Below, one piece after another: positions 9,411-17,958 of a DNA stretch of 39,931 bases (position 1 is its first letter; the number at the start of each line of letters is the position of its first letter). The notes below the pieces were generated by a model. The model saw only the letters and a program-made list of their open reading frames with translations, ran no database searches and had not been told where the DNA came from. The position numbers were made by a program, and so were the translations under genes. Source of the stretch: Halolamina sp. (lineage in GTDB: Archaea > Halobacteriota > Halobacteria > Halobacteriales > Haloferacaceae); contig JBDGQC010000001.1 of assembly GCA_042219375.1 (NCBI GenBank), forward strand, positions 1,377 to 41,307, written 5' to 3'.

Positions 9411-9694
9411 CCAATCGCACGATCAACCCCGAGACACGCATCAACTCAAATAGTGAGGAAGCCGTGGAATGTCCTCATTGTGGACGGCCGTTCACAGATG
9501 ACCGGCCGCTTGCACTCCACGTCGGTGAAACCCATCGGGGGACACTCGATAGCGCAGAAGAGGAACGGTACGAAAGTGCGCGGGAAGCGGAAGACGAGGA
9601 CCTGTTCATTTTCCACCTGAAGATGGTCGTCGTGCTCGGGATACTGTACGCCGCGGTAGTGTTAGGGTATATGATCACTATTCAAACGCTGTGA
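9407..9694 (+). CDS. Small C2H2 zinc-finger protein with C-terminal TM helix (DUF7410-like)
   Basis: True start is the ATG at 9407 overlapping the upstream stop. CPHC-x12-H-x4-H (CPHCGRPFTDDRPLALHVGETH), acidic helix, then hydrophobic tail. Confidence 0.8.
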   Translation: MTNRTINPETRINSNSEEAVECPHCGRPFTDDRPLALHVGETHRGTLDSAEEERYESAREAEDEDLFIFHLKMVVVLGILYAAVVLGYMITIQTL

Positions 9695-9912
9695 GGATTT
9701 CGCCAACCGTGAATTTTGTCGAGAGGAACTGCTCCGGGTGAATGGGTAGCGGAGTTACCCAGGGTCAGGCAGTCGTAGGCGAGCGCCTGTAGACGCTCAA
9801 TTAGTTTTCATATTTGGGGGACTCAGTCAAAGTGCAATAAGGAACTACGGCTTCGACCGTGGCTACTCAAATAGACATTCGCCAAACGATAGGTGAGTGG
9901 AAGGTTATCCGC

Positions 9913-10833
9913 TCATCCAAGGACCACGTCAAGGGTGAGCATTACTGCAGTACCGATCATAAAGCCGAGCGTAGCGAGGCGTTCGTTACCACGTGAATGC
10001 GTTTCGGGGATGATTTCGTCCCCGATTACGTACAGCATGCCGCCAGCGGCGAATCCCATAGCGTATGGTAGTACCGGCGCAGCAACGACCACAGCCCATG
10101 CACCGAACACGGCGAGCGGGATTTCCACCAGCCCAGCACGGACCCCGGCGACCGCAGCGTACCATCTCCGGCTGAATCCAGCATTAATCGCTGCGACCGA
10201 GACTGCGAGGCCCTCAGGGATGTTCTGGATTCCGATCGCGAGCATTAGCGACACCGCATTTCCAAGGTCTCCCGAACCAAATCCGACACCGACGGCTAAT
10301 CCTTCGGGCATGTTGTGCAGGGTGATGGCGACCGTGAACAGTAGTACAGCAGCTACCCGAGAATCCAACTTCAGCCCGGAATCTGCCTCTATTACCCCAT
10401 GCTGAGTGTGATCGGAACCCTCACTACCGCCATCAGTTTGGATGTCTCCTTCCGCGAGACGTTTGCTTATTATGGGTCCAACGTAGTGGACCCACCGTTC
10501 ACCGCGGTCGAGGATGATCATCCCTAAGAAGAACCCGATTAATACCGGCACAATCCCGGTAAGTTCGAATCCACCAAAGCTCAGCCCCTTGTAGTCCGGA
10601 GTGGAGGCGAATTCGATTCCCGGCAGTAGTAGACTGGTGAAACTCGCCGAGAGCATAATCCCAGCGGCGAATCCCAGTGCTGCGTCTAACAACTCTTCTG
10701 TCGGGTTTCGCCACACGAGGACCAGCGATGCTCCGAGGAGGTTCATGAAGGCGATCACGATACCACCTGCAAGGCCGAGGAGAACTGGATTCCGTCCTAC
10801 GAGGTCGACGAGTAATTTTTCGATTGCAGTCAT
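9913..10833 (-). CDS. ZIP family (ZupT/GufA-like) divalent metal transporter
   Basis: LGFAAGIML, HNMPEGLAVG, QNIPEG, GFAAGGMLYV, EIIPETH. Confidence 0.93.
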   Translation of the reverse strand: MTAIEKLLVDLVGRNPVLLGLAGGIVIAFMNLLGASLVLVWRNPTEELLDAALGFAAGIMLSASFTSLLLPGIEFASTPDYKGLSFGGFELTGIVPVLIGFFLGMIILDRGERWVHYVGPIISKRLAEGDIQTDGGSEGSDHTQHGVIEADSGLKLDSRVAAVLLFTVAITLHNMPEGLAVGVGFGSGDLGNAVSLMLAIGIQNIPEGLAVSVAAINAGFSRRWYAAVAGVRAGLVEIPLAVFGAWAVVVAAPVLPYAMGFAAGGMLYVIGDEIIPETHSRGNERLATLGFMIGTAVMLTLDVVLG

Positions 10834-11043
10834 TATGAATCAATTATCCGTTAGTTATCGTAATCTGAGCACTTCTGAGTCGGACGAAACTGACGTTGCT
10901 GAAAAATCCACCCAGGGGAGGTGTCCACCAACTGCTTGACAGTAGATTCGGCGAAAGTCGTTAGTTTCGATGCCGAGTCACTCGGGAAGGAATTACAGCG
11001 GCGAAGTATACTCGACTGTCTTTTGAAGTTTATAGACGGCACC

Positions 11044-11193
11044 TTAGACAACCCCGTTGACGTTATTTGAGACATGCTTTGGTCCGTTCAAAGGATCGAC
11101 CTCAACAATTGTCGCAATCCCTTTAGGGAGTGCAACTTGGTCTTGGTGCTCAGTCAGTTCGACTGTGACCATTCCGAACTTGGGAGCGACCAT
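11044..11193 (-). pseudogene. Probable remnant of a SirR/DtxR-family metal-dependent repressor (start codon fused to a FeoA-like C-terminal tail)
   Basis: 49-codon ORF MVAPKFGMVTVELTEHQDQVALPKGIATIVEVDP... resembles the recalled AP.GM..V......LP..IA..I.V.P tail of haloarchaeal SirR. It follows a TATA-like element and a TTAG-N6-CTAA box and lies upstream of the ZIP gene. Confidence 0.5.
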
Positions 11194-11202
11194 ATTCAAT
11201 TT

Positions 11203-11216
11203 TTAGTCTGTTCTAA
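11203..11216. promoter_or_regulatory. Candidate DtxR/SirR/MntR-type operator TTAG-N6-CTAA
   Basis: ttagtctgttctaa in an AT-rich context, at -23 to -10 relative to the minus-strand ATG at 11193, directly downstream of TATA-like TAATTTGT. Confidence 0.5.
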
Positions 11217-11345
11217 CAAATTACTTTGGATAGTATGTGTTGGCAGCGTTACTTCGTTTGGGCACTTAGAACACCTACACTCACTCTGAAAACAGTACAA
11301 TAGCACCCCGACACACCACGGCTCTAAACCAATCGGGATATGGCC

Positions 11346-13985
11346 TCAATCAGCCTCTTTTGGCTCAATGCGGGAGAGTCGCATCGCGTTCCCGGTGACC
11401 CCGAGCGTCATTCCGGCGTCCCCGATCAGGACAGCCGCCCAGATCGGGACAAGCCCGAACGGGACTGCGAGCGCAAGAATCCCTTTGGCACCGAGACTGG
11501 TCCAGATGTTCTGTCGGATGACGCCGTTCGCGTCGTTGGAGAGCTCGTAGAGATAGGGCAAGCGAGTGAGATCGTCGCCCATCAGCGCGATGTCAGCCGT
11601 CTCCAGTGCTGTATCGGTACCGGCAGCGCCCATCGCGATACCGACCGTGGCGGTCGCGAGTGCCGGGGCGTCGTTCACACCGTCACCCACCATCGCCACA
11701 CCGTCGTACTGTGCATCGAACTCCTGGATCGCTGCGACCTTGTCTTCGGGAAGCAGTTCCGCACGGAACTCGTCCACACCCACCTTCTCGGCAATCGCAC
11801 GGGCGGTTCGTTCGTTGTCTCCCGTGAGCATGATCACGTGCTGGATCCCAAGCTCGTGAAGCCGTTCGACGGCGAACCTCGCCTCATCACGGATCTCGTC
11901 GGCGACGGCGATCACACCCTCCAGTTCGTCCGCTGTTCCGACAAGGACGACCGTCTTCCCCTCTGCCTGAAGCTCAGGTACGACGTCCTTGAGGAGGTCG
12001 AGACAGCCGCTCCGTTCACAGAGATCGCGGCTCTTCTGGGTGACGACGCCGTCGTCAGACCGCTCCTCGGCCTGACTGGCTCGAAAACCGGCTCCCGGTT
12101 TTCGACCGCCGTCAGTCGCTGCGTGGACGTGGTCAAGATCGAAGCCGAGTTCCTCGAAGAGCCCGGGTTTGCCCGCATAGTGGGTCGTTCCATCGAGATC
12201 CGCACGGACGCCCTTCCCCGTGATGCTCTCGAACTCCGACACCGCGGGTTCACCGGTGTCACGGTCCGTCGCGTGTTCGACGATGGCCTCCCCGATTGGG
12301 TGTTCGCTGCGGGATTCGAGACCGCGTGCACAGCGGAGCACGTCGTCCTCTGTATTGTCGCTTAGAGGGACGACATCAGTAACAGTAAGTTCACCCCGTG
12401 TGAGCGTCCCGGTCTTGTCGACTGCGACGGCCTCGATATCGCCCATCGCTTCGAGATGGTTCCCGCCTTTGATCAGGACGCCGTTTTTCGCACCGCTCGT
12501 GATGCCGGAGACGACGGAGACGGGCGTCGAGATGACGAACGCACAGGGGCAGGCGAGCACAAGCAGCGTGAGGCCGTAAACGAGGGACTGGGTCCACGAG
12601 ACGCCGAATACTGTCGGCGACGTCAACGTTACGAGGATAGCGAAGACGACGACGGCCGGCGTGTAGTAGCCCGCGAACCGCTCGACGAACTGCTCGCGCT
12701 CGGTCTTGTTCGATTGAGCGTCCTCGACCATCTCGATGATGCGCGAGAGCGTGTTGTCGCCGGCCTCGGACGTAACCTGAATTTCCAGATAGCCCTGCTC
12801 GTTGACGGTGCCCGCATACACCTCGTCGCCGGGAACTTTGTCGACCGGAACACTCTCACCGGTGATGGGTGCCTGATTTACGGCACTCTCGCCGTCGATG
12901 ACTTCACCGTCCATCGGAATCTTCTCGCCCGGCTTCACGACCGCCACGTCACCGACCCGGACGTCGTCGACGGGAACAGTAAATTCCTCGCCATCGCGAC
13001 GCACGGTCGCCTCGTCGGGCGACAGGTTCATCAGCTCCTGCAGCGAGTTGCGGGCCTTGTCCATCGAGTACCGTTCGAGGAGTTCGGCGATACTGAACAG
13101 GAACGCGAGCGTCGCGCCCTCCATGTAGAGGTTCTCACCGAACCCGAGGCTGACCGTCACGGCGCCGAGGATGGCGATACTCATCAAGAGGTCGATGTCG
13201 AGATTGCGGTTCCGTAGTGAGTAGTAACCGCCCTGAATGATTTCCTGTCCGCCCGCGACGACTGCTGCGAGAAACAGGAAATCAGCAAGCGAGAGCGGCG
13301 CCCCAGCAACTGCGACGAGTTCCGGGTTCAGCCCACCGAGGAGGAATTCGAAGAGGAGCCCGAGCGCGACGAATCCACCGCTGACCCAGGTCTTGACCGC
13401 ACGCGTACTCTTCCAGACGCTTTCAGTCTCGGCGATCGCATCTCCCTCGGTACTGTCCGACGCAGTAGTCTCGGTGACCTCGTAGCCTGCTCTCTCGATG
13501 GCCTGCCTCATGTCGTCAGCTGAGACGCGCGACTGGTCGTACGTGACGACGACCTTCCCGGTTGTTGGCTGTGTCTGGTAGGTCGTGACGCCCTCGACGT
13601 TCTCGAGCGCGTTCTCGACCTTCCCAGCGCAGGAGGGGCAGTCCATCTCCGGGACCGTGAACTTCTCACTAATCTCACCGACACCGGATTCCACAGCGTA
13701 TCCGGCCTTCTCGACACGCTCAGCGATTGCTTCGCTGTCCGTCTCGCCCTCGTCGTACGTTACCGTCAGCGTGCCCGTCGTGACCTGAGGATCGACGGTT
13801 TCGACGGCGTCGAGTTTCTGGACGCTGTTGCGAACTTTGCCTGCACAGGAGGGGCAGTCCATCTCCGGGACGGAGAACTGTGCGGCCGTTCCTTCACTAA
13901 AGTCCTTGGTGGCGCCCTGTTCCTGGTGGTCACGATCGTGGCTGTGGTCCTCACCATCGGGAGGGGTATCCCGGGAATCGGTCAT
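11346..13985 (-). CDS. cadA: Heavy-metal translocating P1B-type ATPase (Zn/Cd/Pb, CadA/ZntA type)
   Basis: His-rich N-terminus, two MDCPSC metal-binding domains, TGES, CPC, DKTGT, SEHP, GDGVND, TM Lys (GAKG) and DAG motifs of P1B-2. Likely start at 13985. Confidence 0.95.
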   Translation of the reverse strand: MTDSRDTPPDGEDHSHDRDHQEQGATKDFSEGTAAQFSVPEMDCPSCAGKVRNSVQKLDAVETVDPQVTTGTLTVTYDEGETDSEAIAERVEKAGYAVESGVGEISEKFTVPEMDCPSCAGKVENALENVEGVTTYQTQPTTGKVVVTYDQSRVSADDMRQAIERAGYEVTETTASDSTEGDAIAETESVWKSTRAVKTWVSGGFVALGLLFEFLLGGLNPELVAVAGAPLSLADFLFLAAVVAGGQEIIQGGYYSLRNRNLDIDLLMSIAILGAVTVSLGFGENLYMEGATLAFLFSIAELLERYSMDKARNSLQELMNLSPDEATVRRDGEEFTVPVDDVRVGDVAVVKPGEKIPMDGEVIDGESAVNQAPITGESVPVDKVPGDEVYAGTVNEQGYLEIQVTSEAGDNTLSRIIEMVEDAQSNKTEREQFVERFAGYYTPAVVVFAILVTLTSPTVFGVSWTQSLVYGLTLLVLACPCAFVISTPVSVVSGITSGAKNGVLIKGGNHLEAMGDIEAVAVDKTGTLTRGELTVTDVVPLSDNTEDDVLRCARGLESRSEHPIGEAIVEHATDRDTGEPAVSEFESITGKGVRADLDGTTHYAGKPGLFEELGFDLDHVHAATDGGRKPGAGFRASQAEERSDDGVVTQKSRDLCERSGCLDLLKDVVPELQAEGKTVVLVGTADELEGVIAVADEIRDEARFAVERLHELGIQHVIMLTGDNERTARAIAEKVGVDEFRAELLPEDKVAAIQEFDAQYDGVAMVGDGVNDAPALATATVGIAMGAAGTDTALETADIALMGDDLTRLPYLYELSNDANGVIRQNIWTSLGAKGILALAVPFGLVPIWAAVLIGDAGMTLGVTGNAMRLSRIEPKEAD

Positions 13986-14172
13986 TATGTAGGCGAAATC
14001 GCTCCGCACCTATTAATCCAGCTGCTATTATAGCGTCTTTGCTTATGAGTAACTAATAATTATTTGCTGTTCAGTTAATAAAGCCTCCGAGGAATACCCG
14101 CTATTTGTCCACGACGATCGTACAGCACGAAAAGAGGGGTACCAAAGATCGCCGCCGGACAGAGACGGCGAA

Positions 14173-15069
14173 TCAACTGTGTTCCGCGAGCCACGGGAAC
14201 TCGCTCGTTTCGGACGCAATATCGACAGTCGCGTGGCCGACATCAAACTCTTCGTGAAGGACGTCGACGATCCGTGCTTTGAGTTCTTCGCGTGCGTCGA
14301 GTGACTGGACATCGTCCCGAAGGTGCACGGAAGCTACCCGGAGCGTGCTCGACAGCTGCCAGACGTGAATTTCTTCAACTGACACCACTCCGTCGAGTTC
14401 GGACAATCGTGCTTCCACCTCCTCTACCGATACCGGGCTCCGCTGGAAGAAAATCTCACCGCTCTCTTTCAGGAGCTTGATGGCCGACCAGACGATGATG
14501 ATCGCGATGAGGACCGCAGTAATCGGGTCAACAATCGTGTACCCAGTAAACTCGATGACGAGCATCGAGACGATGACCGCGATAGATGCCCCCGTATCAC
14601 CGAGAAGGTGGTAGAAGGCTCCCCGCTCGTTGAGGCTCATCTCGCCGCCTTGTAAGAAGTAGACAGAACCGAAATTTACCAGCAGCCCACCGGTAGCGAG
14701 CGCCGCGGTCATCAACGGGTCGATCTCGACAGGGTCGAGATACCGCTGGTACGATTCCCAGACGAGATAGCCGACCATCGGCACGAGGAGCACGCCGTTC
14801 AAGAACGCGGCGAACGGTTCCACCCTGTTCAGCCCGTATGACCAGTACTCACCGGGTTCAGCCTGATGACCGACGTATGCAGCGGCAAGCGCGAGCACGT
14901 ACGCGAGCGCGTCGAACAGCATGTGGAAGGCGTCGCCCAGCAGCGCCACGGAGCCGAAGAGAATCCCCCCTGCGAGTTCGATCGCAAAGCCCAAGAGATT
15001 GATCAACGCGACCGCGCCCAGTTTCCGGGTGCTCTGGTCCGCCCCGTCGTGGCTATGTCCCCCACTCAT
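14173..15069 (-). CDS. Cation diffusion facilitator (CzcD-like) Zn/Co/Cd exporter
   Basis: N-terminal GHSH, GDAFHMLFD, GAFYHLLGD, IHVWQL, GHATV. Confidence 0.93.
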   Translation of the reverse strand: MSGGHSHDGADQSTRKLGAVALINLLGFAIELAGGILFGSVALLGDAFHMLFDALAYVLALAAAYVGHQAEPGEYWSYGLNRVEPFAAFLNGVLLVPMVGYLVWESYQRYLDPVEIDPLMTAALATGGLLVNFGSVYFLQGGEMSLNERGAFYHLLGDTGASIAVIVSMLVIEFTGYTIVDPITAVLIAIIIVWSAIKLLKESGEIFFQRSPVSVEEVEARLSELDGVVSVEEIHVWQLSSTLRVASVHLRDDVQSLDAREELKARIVDVLHEEFDVGHATVDIASETSEFPWLAEHS

Positions 15070-15156
15070 ACAGGCTCACTCTCTGTAGTTTTCTCGGCCA
15101 GGACCGTAATAGTCACCGCCGGAGGTCACAGTCGTGTGGTCCGAACCTCGGTGCAG

Positions 15157-16338
15157 CTAGTTCGTCTGTGCCGATGCGATCGCGGTCGATCGGTCTGCGT
15201 GGCCCACCGCAGCCACCGAGTGGAGGATGCTCCCCGTGAACAGGAGCATACTCCCGACGATGAACACCACGCTCAGCGGCGACGCGGTGTCGACGAACAC
15301 CCAGTACAGCGGTGCAGCGACGGAAGGGCCGGCGGCGAGAATGATGACTTTCGCGACGAGCGGCCCGCAGCAGCCACACGTACACGAGCCGACGATGGCG
15401 GACGCGTTCGCGGTGTTTTTCACGAATCCCGCGCTCTCGTCGACGATCCACTTCTGCGCGATCAAGCTTGCCTGCAGTCCGATGAGGACGCTGAGTGTGC
15501 CGACGATCGCGATCTCGCCGATCGAGAGCGCGAGAAAGAACGGGATCTCCGGGAGCAGCACCTCGAGCGTCGGCCAGACGACCAGCTGGTACTTCGCCGG
15601 GAGCACGGTGACGACGGTCTGGTCGGGCACGCCCTCCTCCGGGAAGAAGGAGAGATACCCCGTTATCGAGAGGAAGAAAAACCCGGTGACAGTAGCGATC
15701 CCCGAACCGAAACGCCGGGGAACCGTGTTACTGAGCACGGTTCGGAACACGTGGCGGGTGTCGGTCCAGAGGACGTAGCCGACGAACAGCGGCGTCCCCA
15801 GCACAAGCGCGTAGCCGAGCGGGTTCTTGCTCGCGAACCCCGGCACGACGTCCGGGTACATGATCCAGCCGCCCGCCAACATCCCGAGGACCATGTAGCG
15901 AGGCCGAGTCGGCCAGCGGAGCCAGCCAATCAAAAAGCTCGCGACGACGGTCGAGAGGCCAACAGTCACGCCGATCAGCGGGTACCACGCCCGCGAGAAC
16001 GGTATCGACGTCGCGAGATATGTCGGGTCTGGCGAGAGGCCGTCGAACAGCACGGCGCCGATCACCCCGACGACGATTCCGGTGAAGACGACCGATAGCG
16101 AGGTGGTCGCGGTGAGTCGCTCGTACCGTTTGGCCAGCACACCGGCCCCAGCGATCGCGACACCGACGAAGAGAACCAACAGCCCGTGCCATCGGGAGAC
16201 GCCCGCGGCCGTCGTACTGTGTGCTGATACCGTCGTCGGAACCAGTACTATGAATAAACACCCAGCCAGAAGGATGCTGGTCAGTGACAGAGGAGACTTG
16301 GTAGTGATAGCGCGTAGTAGTCGTCCTAAACCGACCAT
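15157..16338 (-). CDS. Uncharacterised multi-pass membrane protein with a CxCGCC motif
   Basis: About 10 TM segments; VSAH after a signal-like helix, RWHG, and GSCTCGCCGP near the C-terminus. Start 16338 preferred over 16404. Confidence 0.8.
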   Translation of the reverse strand: MVGLGRLLRAITTKSPLSLTSILLAGCLFIVLVPTTVSAHSTTAAGVSRWHGLLVLFVGVAIAGAGVLAKRYERLTATTSLSVVFTGIVVGVIGAVLFDGLSPDPTYLATSIPFSRAWYPLIGVTVGLSTVVASFLIGWLRWPTRPRYMVLGMLAGGWIMYPDVVPGFASKNPLGYALVLGTPLFVGYVLWTDTRHVFRTVLSNTVPRRFGSGIATVTGFFFLSITGYLSFFPEEGVPDQTVVTVLPAKYQLVVWPTLEVLLPEIPFFLALSIGEIAIVGTLSVLIGLQASLIAQKWIVDESAGFVKNTANASAIVGSCTCGCCGPLVAKVIILAAGPSVAAPLYWVFVDTASPLSVVFIVGSMLLFTGSILHSVAAVGHADRSTAIASAQTN

Positions 16339-16751
16339 TGTTGGAAAATAACTCGGGGCTCGGATATCAGTTTTGTTTAGTGGATAGAGAGAACCCAAGC
16401 CCAATCGCTGTCAATCGGAATCCCACGAATCCTCATCCGTTCCTCCCTTGCTTCCTCGCGGCGGTGGGTGACTGTATCAACGACGACCAGCGGATCAACG
16501 TCGGTGTGGAGATCCCGGCGTACCGCCGGATCACACTAGACGCGGTCGTGGATATCGTCGAGGACGAGAGACCTCGTCTCCGGCTTCGCGAAGACGTCGA
16601 ATAGCGCGGTCTTCCGTCGGGAAGAGCACCCGGCTGGCAACGGACGCCACACCATCGAGGCCCGAATGGAGGTGCTCTGGAGAGAGAACGACCGCTGACG
16701 CCGCCGGGGAAGGACGAACGCTTTTCCCGCTCTCCGCCGACCCGACTGGCA

Positions 16752-17885
16752 ATGCACCAGAGTTCCTACGACGCGATCGTCGTCGGCATCGGCGGCATGG
16801 GGAGCGCGGCCGTTTACCAACTCGCCAAGCGCGGCGTCGACGTCCTCGGAATCGAGCAGTACGACATCCCCCACACCCGAGGCTCCTCACACGGCGATAC
16901 GCGAATCTTCCGGCTGACCCAGCCCGAGCACCCCGAGTACGTCCCCCTCGCAAAGCGGGCGGGCGAGCTGTGGCGGGAGCTGGAGGCCGAATCCGGCCGG
17001 ACCATCCTCACCGAAACCGGGTCGGTCCACGCCGGGCCGGCCGACGGGGCGAAAGTCACCGATTCGCTCGACTCCTGCGAAGCCGACGACGTCGAGCACG
17101 AGCTGCTGACGGGCGCGGAGATCAACGCGCGCTTCCCGGGCTACGAGCTCCCGGAGGACCACCGTGGCGTCTACCAGCCCGACGGGGGCTTCCTGCGGTG
17201 TGAGCGAGCCGTCGCGACGCACGTGAATCAGGCCCACGAGCACGGCGCGACGGTGCACGGCCGGGAGGAGGTGCAGAACCTGACCATCCGTGAGACCGGA
17301 GTGGCGGTCCGGACCGACCGCGGGAGCTACGACGCGGACAATCTCGTCGTGGCGGCGGGCGCGTGGGCCGGCCAGCACCTCGACCTGCTCTCGGACGCGC
17401 TGATTCCCCAGCGCCGGGTGATGGCGTGGCTCCACCCCATCGAGCCGGCGAACTTCCGCCCCTCGAACTTCCCGGTGTTCAGCGTCGACGTACCCGAGGG
17501 GAGTTTCTACGGCTTCCCGGTCGCCGAGCGCCCCGGGTTCAAGTTCGGGCGGACGCCCGATTTCTCGGCAACCATCGACCCCGACGACTGGCAGGACGAA
17601 CCCACGCTCCAGGACGAGAAGCTCCTGCGGCAGCTCACGGAGAACACGTTCCCCGGCGCCGACGGGCCGACGATGCGCCTCGCGACCTGCATCATCACCA
17701 GGTCCCTCGACGGCCACTTCTACCTCGACGCCCACCCCGAGTACCCTCACGTCTCCATCGCCGCCGGGTTCTCCGGCCACGGGTTCAAGTTCTGCAGCGT
17801 CGTCGGCGAGACGCTCGCCGACTTCGTGACCGACGGGGACACCGAGAACCCGATTAGCGTGCACCGGCTCGACGGCCGGGTGTAG
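16752..17885 (+). CDS. solA: SolA/monomeric sarcosine oxidase family (N-methyl-amino-acid oxidase)
   Basis: GIGGMGSA FAD loop, GSSHGDTRIFR, AAGAW, covalent-FAD Cys (LATCII), FSGHGFKF. Confidence 0.92.
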   Translation: MHQSSYDAIVVGIGGMGSAAVYQLAKRGVDVLGIEQYDIPHTRGSSHGDTRIFRLTQPEHPEYVPLAKRAGELWRELEAESGRTILTETGSVHAGPADGAKVTDSLDSCEADDVEHELLTGAEINARFPGYELPEDHRGVYQPDGGFLRCERAVATHVNQAHEHGATVHGREEVQNLTIRETGVAVRTDRGSYDADNLVVAAGAWAGQHLDLLSDALIPQRRVMAWLHPIEPANFRPSNFPVFSVDVPEGSFYGFPVAERPGFKFGRTPDFSATIDPDDWQDEPTLQDEKLLRQLTENTFPGADGPTMRLATCIITRSLDGHFYLDAHPEYPHVSIAAGFSGHGFKFCSVVGETLADFVTDGDTENPISVHRLDGRV

Positions 17886-17958
17886 GTCCGGATTCGGCCG
17901 GACCTGCCCGCGTGTCGGCACCACCGAATTTATGCTATCAGTTCCCAATCGTCAGGGC

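Larger units (their letters stand above)
4258..16711. mobile_element. Putative horizontally acquired heavy-metal homeostasis island (no mobility gene inside)
   Basis: Visible drop in GC and GC3, AT-rich spacers, gene remnants at the edges, solA homology on both flanks, and metal transporter cargo. Confidence 0.6.

Noticed and set aside
10973-10985. Palindrome CCGAGT-C-ACTCGG in the ZIP upstream spacer
   Set aside because: Single occurrence with no supporting promoter position; plausible by chance.
5985-12125. TDGG tetrapeptide recurring in the wHTH, ZIP and ATPase
   Set aside because: Common low-complexity motif in haloarchaeal proteins, also present in ALDH; no island-specific signal.
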